Below are positions 51,702 to 63,834 of a stretch of DNA of 64,000 bases, piece after piece. Position 1 is the stretch's first letter; each line of letters begins with the position of its first letter. Source of the stretch: Zootoca vivipara (lineage: Eukaryota); contig NC_083278.1 in the NCBI RefSeq assembly GCF_963506605.1, positions 74,834,001 to 74,898,000 of the forward strand. Reading direction: 5' to 3'. The position numbers and the translations under genes were made by a program. The notes beneath the pieces were generated by a model. The model saw nothing but the letters and a program-made list of their open reading frames with translations. It was not told where the DNA came from and made no database searches.

Positions 51702-52720
51702 TCTGCATCTCCAAAGGTGAGATCTCCCTGGCGCTGGCTGCCCACAGGGTCATTGTCCATTAAGTCCAAAGCTAGCACTTCTGAGTGCTTGTTCACTGTC
51801 ATCTTCCGAGAGGGGGTCTGTTGCGTGACCTCACCCTCCTGCAATTCCCTGCCGCCTACGGTCAAGACACTCATGGGCAGCTCCCTTGGGAAAATGGGAA
51901 TCTGATTCTGCTTAGCCAAGTCCACCGATAGGAAATCGTTGCTGCTGCCCCTGCAGAGAAGCCCGACTGTCTCCTGGGTCTGGCCTCTTGGCAGCTGCAG
52001 ACTCACTTCCATCACTTTGTCGTGCTGTGGGGTGTTACAGGAGGGCTCAGTTGTTGGTGCTCCGCCTGGCCCCTCCCCTCCTGATCTGGCATCCAGGCTT
52101 GTGTCTGTGCCTGCCTGCTCTCGCCATTCCTTCCTCTGGGGGCAGTGTTCCACCAAGAGGCTGGGTGCATTGTAAGGAGGCATCTCCCGCCTTTCTCTTC
52201 CCTCTGTTTTCCCGCGTCAGCGTTTGAAAGTACCCGTGCGCGGGCTTTGACCCTCTGCATCACATCTGGCTGGAGGGGTCTGTGCTGGGCTGCAGCTGCC
52301 TCCCCGGGACTGTGTGGGAACTTGTGGCCACTGCCTTTCCCCTCAGTCTGTCCCCTCTGCCCGGACTCGCTTTGCACCTCCTCCTGCACTTCCACGCCAC
52401 CATGCCTCTCAGCCTTAGAGCCAGCTTGTGCTGAGGGTCGCCCTTCAAAGTGCTGGCCCTTGGCGGCAACCAGCTCCTCAGCCCTCCCGAGTGTCCTCTC
52501 TGCTTGTCCAGCCTCCGCTCCTCCGGCCTGGCTGTGTTCAGAGCTGCTCGGTTCACCAAGCCTGGCTTCCCCTGTGATTAAGCGCCTACCTTGTTTTTGA
52601 GTTGTGCCATAGTTGCAGGGTGCTTGCTGCAGCTTGCTCTCTGCTGCTCCCCTCACGTGTGCCAATCCTTCCTCGGCATCTCTCTCTCCCCATTTAGATG
52701 CAGCTCTCTCCCCTCGGGTT
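51702..52720 (-). pseudogene. Gypsy gag and aspartic-protease remnants
   Basis: GLLCRGSSNDFLS aligns by eye with the ALIDSGAxxNFI motif, with the catalytic Asp lost. LTVGGREL..GEVTQQT follows. Gag-like FEGRP and a decayed zinc knuckle are frameshifted. Confidence 0.65.
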
Positions 52721-52744
52721 AGCCATTAAAGATTGTGGGCTTGC

Positions 52745-53203
52745 TGTCACAGATGGGTGTTGGCTACTCCCGAGTAAGCACTCCACACATCCTCTGGATT
52801 TTCAGAGTTTTATTGTGCATGCTATATACAGTGGTGAGATGTCTCAAATCATGTCTGCTCTGCATGGGGCAGAAGCCCACAATGGCGTCTCATGGGCTCT
52901 GACCCTCCTTTTAAGACTGGGCATCCAAACGCCCCTCCTCCTTGCTCTATGGGTCCTCCGTGGTCCCAAAACAGGCTCCTGAGGTGCCGTTCTACTTACT
53001 CCCTCCTTTCCAGCCCCTGCTGAAGCTAGCTCCGCCCCTGCTTCCCTTCTCCCAGCCTGGAGCTGAGCCTCCAGGACTCTGCAGAGCCCTGGACCCTTCT
53101 TAACCCTTCCTGTTCCTGGTTTTCTCTCCCAGACTTGCTGCTGCTCTCCCATCTGATGGAAGTAAGCAGAGTGGGCTGCTCTCTGCAAGCCCTCTCTCTT
53201 ACA
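52745..53203 (-). repeat. 5' LTR with TATA-like TTAAAA (52914-52909) and predicted TSS near 52883
   Basis: Direct repeat of 47760-48218; TATA-like box 31 nt upstream of ccATTG; AATAAA downstream. Confidence 0.9.
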
Positions 53204-56200
53204 CCATCCATTGACATTTTACAGCAGTAACTGATTTTGGAGATATGCAAAGATTTTATCCCAAACTCTGTTTGATTAGCTAGTAATCAGACCTTCTATC
53301 ATGTTCTTCTTTCCTATTAGCTACACAAACGGAAAGGATTCCCTATCCTTTTCATGCTTTTCATCATCTTACAGATTCTTTTCTGGGGCAGGGGCATGGA
53401 GAAATAGTTGCTTTCAACCAGCCATTTCTATAGTCGCTATTAAATATAATCACAAAGGAATAAAAACACAACATTTTCTTAAAAGAGTAAAATGATCTCA
53501 CCAAAGTATGTCTCTTTAGCTTGAGATATTAATCATCTGTTGCAGCAATCCAAGCATTGCCCTCAATCAAAGACCGGACATACTGTTCACCACACACAGG
53601 TCACAGTTCTTATCTTGTTTCTTTCTAGTTAAATCTTAGATTCATAAGCAGCAAACAACTGGGAGATAAATTAGACAGTGGAATCCAAACCACAGCACAA
53701 AATTATTGCTCAAATTCTAGAAGAGACGAGTGGTATCTATGGACCCATTCAGACATCCTTTTGCTTGTGCCATGATAGTTTCTGCTTATGAAGCTATTGG
53801 GGCAGTCATCTGCAATCCTGCTTTCAATGCTATATTTTGACCCACAAATACTGTGGGGTGATCACACAGCTTCGTTTCCAATCAGTGCATATCCTCCGGT
53901 GACATCCTGATGAAATTCTGCAATATTTCATACCATAAATATTCCAAGTGGTGCTGCATGAAGTTCCACCACTGCCCTGAGCAACTCTGTTCTGCCATGC
54001 AGCTGACCTTCGGCATGAAGCCAGTTCTCCAGGGCCCCATAAATAAGGGAAATCATACCATTGCTTGCAAACAGTTGAAGCTTCACAGCAAAAAGGTTCT
54101 ATTTGGATGTCTACTTTACAAACCATCTGTTCTGTGGCATAATATTTTGCACGCACATGCTTGCTTTAGTTCCTACAAACATATATATGCCATTATAGAG
54201 AGGGTTAAACAGGGGAACCAGGCAGGTGGGAGTTTACTGGCACATTTTGTTTTTCATACTATGCCAATCCGCTTTCATGAATTATTAGAAGACAAAACAA
54301 ACAAAAATGAAGAAACACAACCAACCCTTAGGCAGTAGGCTCTTCTACATGTATGCTTAGCCATGATACACCATTCCGTTCCATTCCCTCTCCCACTCAG
54401 TTTTCCCCCACCCACCCACCCTGTTTGTATTCTATGGCAACTGAGCACCCCCATTCTTATTTACACTGTTTTTGTCCTCCACCACACAACTAGGGTTCCC
54501 CCCTAATATTTTTTGTACTTTTGCAAACCTTGAGGTTTCCCTGTGCCTGCTGATACTTCTCTCATGTGCTGATGTGGTCATTTTGACTACATAAGCAAGA
54601 ACACACACGGGCGCATAGCTGGGGGGGGGCACAGCCCCAGGTGCATTTTTTTAGAGGGGGCATGACCAGGCACCCCCATGACAAGCTCCCTCATTGGAGC
54701 CTGACTCCGGCACATGAGGGAGCTGCTGAGGCAGCTTTCTTGCACCCGTCCGCAGCAGCTCCGCTCCTAGGACAAGCCTGACCCGGGGGGGGGGGGGTGA
54801 AGTATGGGAGAGACAGAGGCAGCGTTGCCACCCCTTTTCTGCACTGGGCTGCGCATGTGAGGGAGCTGCCCAAAAAAACCCCAAGCAAATATAACCTTTT
54901 TGGTTTTTTGTGGTGCGAAAAGCCTGTTTTTTATCTACTAGAAATAACACAACTGGACTTAACAGCATATCAGCCTTTGCAGAGAAGCCATTGGATGAGA
55001 AGAGGATCTTAAATATAGGCAATCCTTAGATCAGCAGCTTGGTCCACTAGCACAAGTCAGCATGGGCAAACTCTGCGAATTAACACACAAATAGATGCCC
55101 CAGGGCAAAGAGAAGAAGACCTCATCAAGGGAACTGTGTTTTGGGGAGCAGGGAGCTTGTTTTTGGAATTGAGCACTTTTACTGAGGCAGTTTGGAGGTG
55201 TCAGGGATGGCCAGAAATAAGTGACATAGGGTATCCATTGGCCAGTTGGCTTCCTTGGTGCTCTGCTTGTTCCCATCATGTGGGAGGGAGTGGAATCATA
55301 TGTCATGGTCATGAATGGAAACTTATCCTGTCTCCTGCTTTCATACCAAATGAATATGCATATGCCATATACAAACTGATTTTTAAACAGTGGATCTACA
55401 ATGTGCTTATTAAAACCACTGTCTGAAGAAAGACACAACTGGGTATGACGGTGGTAGCAGACCCATTTGGGGGACTATGTCTGTCCTGATGACACGTCAA
55501 GAGGGATGAGGAGGGACCTCATTTAAAGCAAAAGGGGTGCACAGATAAAGAGAACTGAGCCTGCACTTTCCCACCACCTCACCCTCTGAGCCCATCTCTC
55601 CAAGCCTAGCTCGCTTCTGGTATCAGAGCTCAACTGTAGGGGGAAAAATATGTCCGTCTGCATTGCTATTTTCCTAGAAAAAGAGGTGCCAGAACTCACC
55701 ATGAACATTGGTGAGTTCCGGCTGAAAAACAACAACCCTGTCCGCCTGGAGACAGACTATGGGAAGGTAAAATACAGATATGCAGTCACATGCAAACACG
55801 AGCAAAATCCGTATCACTGTCAGTGAAGTGAGGCCTGTCAGAGTGAGCTTAGCCATGCCATCTGTTTGCTTGTCAACCATCTGCTTTATTCCCAGGGGAT
55901 GTCATGTATATTGGCCTTAGCTAAACCCCACTGAAGTTACTGGAAGAGTTCTGGGAGCCTTCACTAGATTAGAAACAGACTCTTTATAAGCGGTGTAATA
56001 AAAATAATTATGCTTATTAAGACAGCTCAGCTAGCTTAGGCCTAAGAGTGTCAATAAACAGACATCGTTTTCTGAGAAATTGGAAATTCCATGTTAGGCT
56101 CGATGCCGAATGTTGTGACAGGAAGATCAACCGGTACAATGTTCTTCCCTGTTTGCATGCCAAACACGCGCATATAGAGCTCTCCCGCAAACCTACTTAA

Positions 56201-56934
56201 CTTCCATTAGCTGCCCTAAGGAATTATGGTACTCATCAATAGTTAAAAGGATTGAGCTCACAGAAACAATGTCTGCTGGTGACTCACCTGTTGAGTCAGA
56301 ACGAGCGGTGTGAACTATGTAATGCATCAGACTCCTGGGAATAACTTCAGCTTGATTTATTGCCAAGGATTAAATGAACAAACTGCTAGCCAATAGGACA
56401 TCCTCCTTTCGCAGAAAGCAACTCTGAAACAGCTGCACCAAAGCAAAAGAAGAATAAGAGATATTAAGTTCCCATCTCTTTCTTAAGTGATGCCTTTTAT
56501 TTGATTTACATTCCCCCAGTCCCCTTAGAAAAAGCAGAAATGTTCTAGCTAGTAAGCACAGCTCTTATTTCCACTGCACTGACATGTACCGGAACAGCAC
56601 ATAAATCAGTGTGCATGAATGTGGGAGCAGAAATGTATGCTTATTGTAAAGCCTAGCTGAAATTTCTCAAAGGGTGCGTGGGTGGAATAATATTCTTCAA
56701 CACATGTATTTATTTATTTATTCATTCATTCATTCATCTAAGTTGATAGGGACCCCTGAGCTACAGAGCTACAATTCTTAGAATGGTTTAGTAATCAATC
56801 CCTTTCCCCAGGAAACTTCATTGGAGAAGGTATCTGTCCTACTGGTGTGGGAGCAGTGGTCTTTATATTGTGTTCTGGGGTGACTGAAAACTTATCACAG
56901 GATCTTCACTATGAAGATCAGTAAATGGCTAATA

Positions 56935-57293
56935 AAAGGTGAAGGTAAAGGGACCCCTGACCATTAGGTCCATTCGTGACCGACTCTGGGGTTGCGCGCT
57001 TATCTCGCATTATTGGCCGAGGGAGCCGGCATATAGCTTCCAGGTCATGTGGCCAGCATGACAAAGCCACTTCTGGCAAACCAGAGCAGCACACAGAAAC
57101 GCCGTTTACCTTCCCGCTGTAGCGGTTCCTATTTATCTACTTGCATTTTGATGTGCTTTCAAACTGCTAGGTTGGCAGGAGCTGGGACCAAGCAACGGGA
57201 GCTCACCCCGTCACAGGGATTCGAACCGCTGGCCTTCTGATCAGCAAGCTCTAGGCTCAGTGGTTTAACCCACAGCGCCACCTGGGTCCCTTT
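56935..57293 (-). mobile_element. Sauria SINE (full length)
   Basis: gggacccaggtggcgctgtgggttaaacc 5' end on the minus strand; 13-bp TSD taaatggctaata at 56922-56934 and 57294-57306. Confidence 0.9.
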
Positions 57294-59769
57294 TAAATGG
57301 CTAATAGGCTTCCCTAAAAGGAAGCTTGCTTAGCACCCTTCACCTTTGTGTGTAATGCTTTGCCTAGGGAGGTGTTTGGCATATGCTCAGTTCACATGAG
57401 GCAGTGGTCAGTCCCAGAAGGCCTGGTTGGTGTCTTGCATTATGAGGTCATGTACACACTACCTATAAAGCACATTTGAAGCACATTCAAATGTGCACTG
57501 CAGTTTACCCTTCCCAGAGTTACAATTCCCAGCAACTCTCTGTCTCTGCCTATATATACAATATGTATTGCTGGATTCAATTAATGAGCTTCATCAGCCT
57601 GGGCAAGGATGCTTGCTTGCAAAATGGGGCTTTCCCCTCCTCTTCTCACCCATGTCCCCCAGGAGTCAGGAGAACCTCATAGAGATAACAAATTAAGAAC
57701 TGATATTTTTCTATCCTTTCAATCCATTCAAAATCAGCTGTCTGAAGAAGCTGTGTCACTCTGCCTAATGGTAGGGCTGCCCCTCGGACGAGGTAGACAT
57801 TTGTGTATTGGTCAGTGCAGTGGATTGGTAAATGAGAAAGAGTGTTCATTGGAGGCAAACCAAAAACCAGAGAACCAAAATGTTCAGCTTGGGTCCACAA
57901 AGCTCAAGTTTAAGTCCACCCACATTCAGCTTGGTTCAGCTTCATGGAGAAATTGAGGAATACCAACACCACCACAAACACTTTCCTTGCATTATGTTTG
58001 CCTGTGCAACTTCAGAAAGTAACGCTGGAAGTGTTGCAGAGGCAAACCAGTGTGCTGGAAGTAATTCAAGACCAGGCCTCCTTTCGTTATCACAGGAGAG
58101 GTTTATATTACTGAAGAAAATGTGAGACAAAGGAATAAGACTTATAAGGTGTAGAACCACAACCAATATATTCCATCTAATTTTCATCAATCCTTAACTC
58201 ATGAATTGTACTGAATTGGTAGCCATTCCAACAAGTGGGACCTGCAACGAAATGTTGCAGGGGGGAGTATTGCTGTTGAGGATTCCTAACAATCTATTCC
58301 ATCCCCCTTGTTCCCATTACCCCCCCCCCCCAGAAAAGTCAGTCATTATTCTGTGGCCACTTGAGTATGCTTGTTCCTGATTGGTCTGTTATTATTGGGG
58401 TACATACTCCATCCCCATTTAGGGCTTTTGTTTGTACTGCTGCAAATGCGCTTGTGCGTGGGTGGTGTCATTTGGTTACGTAAATGAAAGCACTCAAAAG
58501 CCTGAGCATCAGAAATAAAAGAAATTATTATCATTGGTTCACATTTCCTGTGTCACTTCCTTGAGACATTCAGGGAGGAGAGAGGGAGGGGGAGACTTTG
58601 CATAACACTCTGTCCTCATTTATTTGGCACCAACTGGAATAAAAAGAAATTTTACGTATTTCTATTCCACCTTCCGGGGCAATCTTTCACAAGGTGGCTT
58701 CCAATAAATTGTTAACGGCAACACAATGATGAAGTAAAGAATATGCTATATAAAACCATCAGGGGTGTGTGTAGTGTGCAATAAAATCAATAAAAAGCTT
58801 AATGGAATAAAAGCAAAAGTTCTATTCACATATTCATGCTGAAATCAATTAGACAAGAAGCATGGAATAATCTCAGATGTATTTGGGGGGGGGAGAGAGA
58901 AGGAAAAGTAATGTGGAATTGATATGATCTGGGAAGAGGCATTTCTCCAGAATTGCCTCTAAATGAACATGGTGTGTGCGTGCCGTGTGAGTCCATTAAC
59001 ATCAATATGCATGCAAGTATGCTGGGAAAAAGAAGAGAAGATGCACAAGAGAATGTACTTTGCAAACTCCCCTTCCAGCTTTCCTTTGGGCAGTGGAGCC
59101 TCTGAATGACGCACACAGAGACAGTGTTCACTCAGCAGAGCAAGACAGCATAACAGATGGGCTGGCACAATACCTATTTTCTTTTCATTTTTCTTTTTTT
59201 AAAGGATGCCCTATTTAGCTGGGTTTCATTATCTGAGTGGTTTTTATCTTCTCCTTTTAACACTTCGTTGGTTTTTTACATGGCAACGAAATAATAACAA
59301 AACAAAGGGCATTAGAATTGGTTCCAGGCAGGGATATAAATGGAATGATTGGAAGTCACATAAAGGAAGAGGGTGAAAAGGCAGCAGAGGCAGCCTTTAT
59401 GTGATGGCCATTTTCCTTCCTACCTAAGATACATTTCTTCCATTACATGATGTAGAATAACCCATACTTAGGAGAGCAAAGTAAACATTTCATGGAAAAC
59501 GCATGTAACAGTTTTAAGGGGCGCTGTTGGGAGGTTACTATCATCAGAGTCTTGGAAGGGGAAGGACAAGATGGCGCCCCCCCCCCGACGTGATGACCAC
59601 ACTGGCAGCTGAACCCTAGGGAATGTACACACTACATGACCACGTGCTTTCAGTGTTTGATGCAGGCACCTTTTAGGGGCTGCTGTACATACAACAGCAT
59701 CCCCATGTTGTCTGTGTCCTCTACTATTTGTCAGTCTAATGCACATTTTTCTGAAACAGTTATAATCAA

Positions 59770-59814
<45 letters not shown>
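59770..59814. repeat. (GTT)n microsatellite
   Basis: About 14-15 units. Confidence 0.95.
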
Positions 59815-60075
59815 GAATGCACCTAATGTACTTGCTGCATACATGTGCACACAGTGAGTGCCCTCTCCCAAGGAGGCAGAGTCGTAGAGATGTTCCACTC
59901 CCCTTCACCATCTTCAACTTGACTGTGAATGAAATGGGCAAAACCAGGAGGTGGTAAAGTAACTTAGCTGTCTCTGTATACCAACATAAATATCCGCTGT
60001 TTATCAGTATATCAATATACCACTTTCCGGCCAGCCTGTGTTTTTAAACTGCCAAAAAACTTTTTTTAAAAAAGG

Positions 60076-60674
60076 TGTCAGGAGCTGGAGTGGGCGTAGG
60101 TCAACAAAATAAATAAAGCATCCGATGTCAGTGAAGTTAACTCTTTATTCAAAGAAACCAAAACAACACAGGCCTAGTGATCCCAGCAACTCTTCTCAGT
60201 AGGTCTTGCCCCAATGAAGCAGTTGTAAAGACTGAAGGTCCCCTCCTCTCCTGAGTTTTTTTTTTTTTTACAAGCAATCGGGAGACTGCATCTGCACACA
60301 CAACCATTCTCTCCTCTGCTCTTTTCATTTCTCTGTGTGTTCTGGGAGACCAGGGAGGAGGGAAGCCGGTTGCAGCAGGAGGCAGAGACTCCCTGGCTTC
60401 TTCAGCAGCCTGCCTCATCTGTGTCTCCTGACCTTCCTCCGCTCCTGCCCCTGATTCTGGACTTTTCTCTGCCACAGCCTCCCCCCACTCCCAAAGCCCT
60501 GTTACCTCTCCAGCCTCTGACACCTCCCAGTCTGCTTCCTCTTCTCCCTCTGACCACCCATTGCTGTCCCTTCACCAGTCCCCTGGCTCTGAGCTTTCTT
60601 CCCCTGGGGGTTCACTTGGGGGTTCCCCAGTGGGTGCTTCCCACCACTCTTCTGCATCCAGCCAGCCCAAGACA
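60076..60674 (-). mobile_element. Probable Gypsy solo LTR
   Basis: TGTC...GACA termini with imperfect inverted ends (tgtcaggagctgg versus tgtcttgggctgg), AATAAA on the minus strand near the left end, purine-rich U3-like tract. TSD poor (aaagg/tcagg). Confidence 0.55.
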
Positions 60675-61814
60675 TCAGGTCTGTGGAAACACCAATCAAA
60701 AGGGGGGGTGGGGAATAGACAACACTGCTGCACTGTTTGAAAACAGGCCCATGTGTGTAGAGACAACATTGATAGTAGCTACCACTTTATATGCCATTAT
60801 CACACAAAGGTTTGCACAATTACAAACAGCTACGTGAAGCCAAAAATGAGGAAGAACAAAGCCCAAAGGACATACTTAAGGAAGGAAGGATTTTCTTGCT
60901 ACAGCTCAGGACCAACAATATCTGCAAGGGTTTCATTTTTTACTTAGACTGCTGAAGAGCAAGTGTCTTTGAAAAAGTAGACAATGGTAGAAGCACATGA
61001 ATTCTTAAACATAAAGTGCTCACATACCTGAGATACATACATACTGAGACACTCCATTGTCTAATTGTACTTTCTGGAAACAACAGAAGCTCTTCCAGCT
61101 GAATAAAAAGGTCTCTGCCATAAATGTTCATTTTCTATTGTCTTTAAATATATCTCCAGTTATTTTTGTATTGTTTTTAAAACTGTTTTTTTAGATGTCT
61201 TTATTATATTCTTTTATTATATGGCAATTTACACACACACACACATGCACAAACTTTCCTGTCACAGTACATTCCTGATATATTTTTTTTGCAACCACAA
61301 GCATGGAGCCTTCCCACATGATTGGAACCACTGAGATAAGTGGATTTAAAATGTTATGGCCTCCTCATATGCACATGTGGTTGCTGTTGCGTTTGGAGAA
61401 GAACAGCCCTATTTAGTCAATCAAAATAGGACATAATCTTCCCACAGAGCAAGGGGTTATGATCATGTCTTATGACCCTGCCACCAACTTCATGCATCCA
61501 TCTGGCTCTTCAGCACAAAGCACTGACTCTCTGGAGATTATTGCGCAAGTAGGTGAAATTGCAGTAAAAATGTAAAACACTGTGCCTCAAAATGCCATAT
61601 TGTTGAGGGAAATTGAATCTGTGGAACCAGAGAGCCCTCTAATGGTGGAAGACATAGAGGGCTGCCCAGGAATTCAGTAAATTGATGGTGTTAAGTACTG
61701 TGGGAAGGAGGTTTTCTACAGGCCAGAGGAGAGTGTATCTAGAAGATGAATTACACAAGAATGAAACGAGATGCATCCAAGCAGGAAAGGAGGATGCCAT
61801 ACCGTATTTTTTTA

Positions 61815-62038
61815 AAAAAAGATTCCACCTAAACATTAGGAAGAACTTCCTGACAGTAAGAGCTGTTCGGCAGTGAAATTTGCTACCAAGGAGTGTGGTG
61901 GAGTCTCCTTCTTTGGAGGTTTTTAAGCAGAGGCTTGAAGGCATATGTCAATAATGCTTTGATGGTTTTCCTGCTTGGCAGGGGGTTGGACTGGATGGCC
62001 CTTGTGGTCTCTTCCAACTCTATGATTCTATGATTCTA
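61815..62038 (+). mobile_element. CR1 3' end with (ATTCTATG)n tail
   Basis: RFHLNIRKNFLTVRAVRQ ORF2 end; cttccaactctatgattctatgattcta. Confidence 0.85.
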
Positions 62039-62225
62039 ATATTGACAGGTATTAGGACATAAGTAAGAGAGGCTAACTAAAAAAAGGAAGAACAGCTGGG
62101 TAGTATGGGAGACCAGCAATCCTTTTGGCCTAAGGAAGCAACTAGGACAGCAAGAGGTTTTTAATATGTGGGGGTCAGCAACAAGGGTTTTACATAACAT
62201 CGTGTAATAACATTCTCTGAAAGGA

Positions 62226-62375
62226 AGCTGGGATAGCTCAGTTGGCAAAGCTTGAAACTCTTAATCTCAGGGTTGTGGGTTTCAACCCCATGTTGGGCGT
62301 AGGTTTCCTGCATTGCAGGAGGTTGGACTAGATTACCCTCATAGTCCCTTCCAACTCTACAATTCTGTTTCTATG
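62226..62375 (+). mobile_element. tRNA(Lys)-like SINE with CR1-derived 3' tail
   Basis: gggatagctcagttgg...actcttaatctcagggttgtgggtttcaacccca head followed by a ggactagat...cccttccaactctacaattct tail. Confidence 0.75.
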
Positions 62376-63834
62376 AAGGATGTTTCCATCATATCATAAT
62401 CCCTGTTATGCCTATTACAATGACACCACTCCACAGCTCCTTGATCAAAGGAAGAGGATATTCATTGGATATTGTGGTTTTATTGAGGGCCCTCTAATAA
62501 TTACAGGTGCAAAGGTCTCTAGCTTTCCTCTTAACTGAAAATATGGGGAGGGATGGCATAACCTTCTCTTTAGGTTGATGTCTGTAAAATATTTCAAGGT
62601 GACTAGTTCTGACTCTGACGATCTGCATGCAGGCACCAGCTGGATAGCGCAATTGTAGGGCTGACTGGGGTTGAGGGTTGCTGGTTGGCTCCCTTCTTTT
62701 CAAACTTGTATCATTAGGCGTGATATTTCTTGGGGAGGACCCTGGAGTTAGAAGCAGGTTGGGAGTGTGGCCTGAGAACCTCAGATGAGGGTGCGGCAAC
62801 TGCATATACTGTATATGAATTGAGAATGATTTTCAGGATGTGTCCTTGAAGCAACCCCTCGCCCCTTAAGCTCCTTTATCATGTAGATTTGGTGGGGATG
62901 GAGGACACCTTGCTTTAGTGTCCCCCAGAATTTAGTGGAGAGACACCACAGGACCCCACCAGAGTCCCCTTCCAGCAGCACAAATATAAGATGGGGGACG
63001 CCTGGCTTGCCTGTAGCACAAGTTTAACTTGAGTCAACTGTGTGATGCTGCACTTGTGTAGTCTGGACTGAGGGGACGGGGAAAGGATGAGTTGCTGCTG
63101 TTGTCTATACTAACAGAACTTCCTGGCACTGATTGTCCCTTATCAAAGTAATAACAGTGCTCTTTAGTCCCGAGGCCAGATGCATGCACCAGCCAGCCAG
63201 ATTATCTCCTCAGAAATGACAGCGATCGGGTTTGTAACAACAAAGGAAGCATTATTCATCATCCAGAGATAAAGGCATACAAGGCTACATCTGCAACCGT
63301 TGTGACACTCACTCTTGCTCCTCCATTCCTGTGTCTTCAGAATACAACCTCCCTCTAGTGGCTGTTCCTTCATGTTACAATCATTCCTGCCGCCACCATT
63401 CTGACTGTCCGATCTGTGATTCCAGCTGGCTTCAGATAGACGTTAAATAAACTTGTGGCTTAGCTGGCTTTGTGATTCTGGCAGCTTCCTTTCCAGGCAA
63501 GAGAGCAGGGAGGATAACGTAATTGAGATGATTTTTGGTGGCTTTGGGTGGTATTGTTAGATAGCAGGGGCTTCTAAGCACATGCAATACTGGCCCACCT
63601 TAGATGAAGAGATCATTCCCATGGACTGTACTTCTTTACCCCCGGGAAACCACCCTTTGCTGTGGCCTTTGTCCCCAGGGGCATGGCACTCCATCCTTTT
63701 ACCAACAGACCCTGTCCCTAGACCCAGTTTTTTGACACCTATCGGATCCCATGCCTTTTTCTCACCTGTCTCCATGCTGGGGGTCCATGAAGTTCCAGAA
63801 TGTTGCCATTCAAGAGCTGTCAACTCTATTCATG

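Larger units (their letters stand above)
47760..53203 (-). mobile_element. Non-autonomous Ty3/Gypsy (Tf1/sushi-like chromovirus) LTR retrotransposon
   Basis: Two 459-bp TG...CA LTRs, TSD ccagc/ccatc (4 of 5 match), PPT at ~48219-48248, and remnants of gag, protease, integrase Zn-finger, GPY/F module and chromodomain on the minus strand. Confidence 0.92.

Noticed and set aside
62226-62300. tRNA-Lys gene
   Set aside because: The cloverleaf is degenerate and runs straight into a CR1-type tail, so it is a SINE head.
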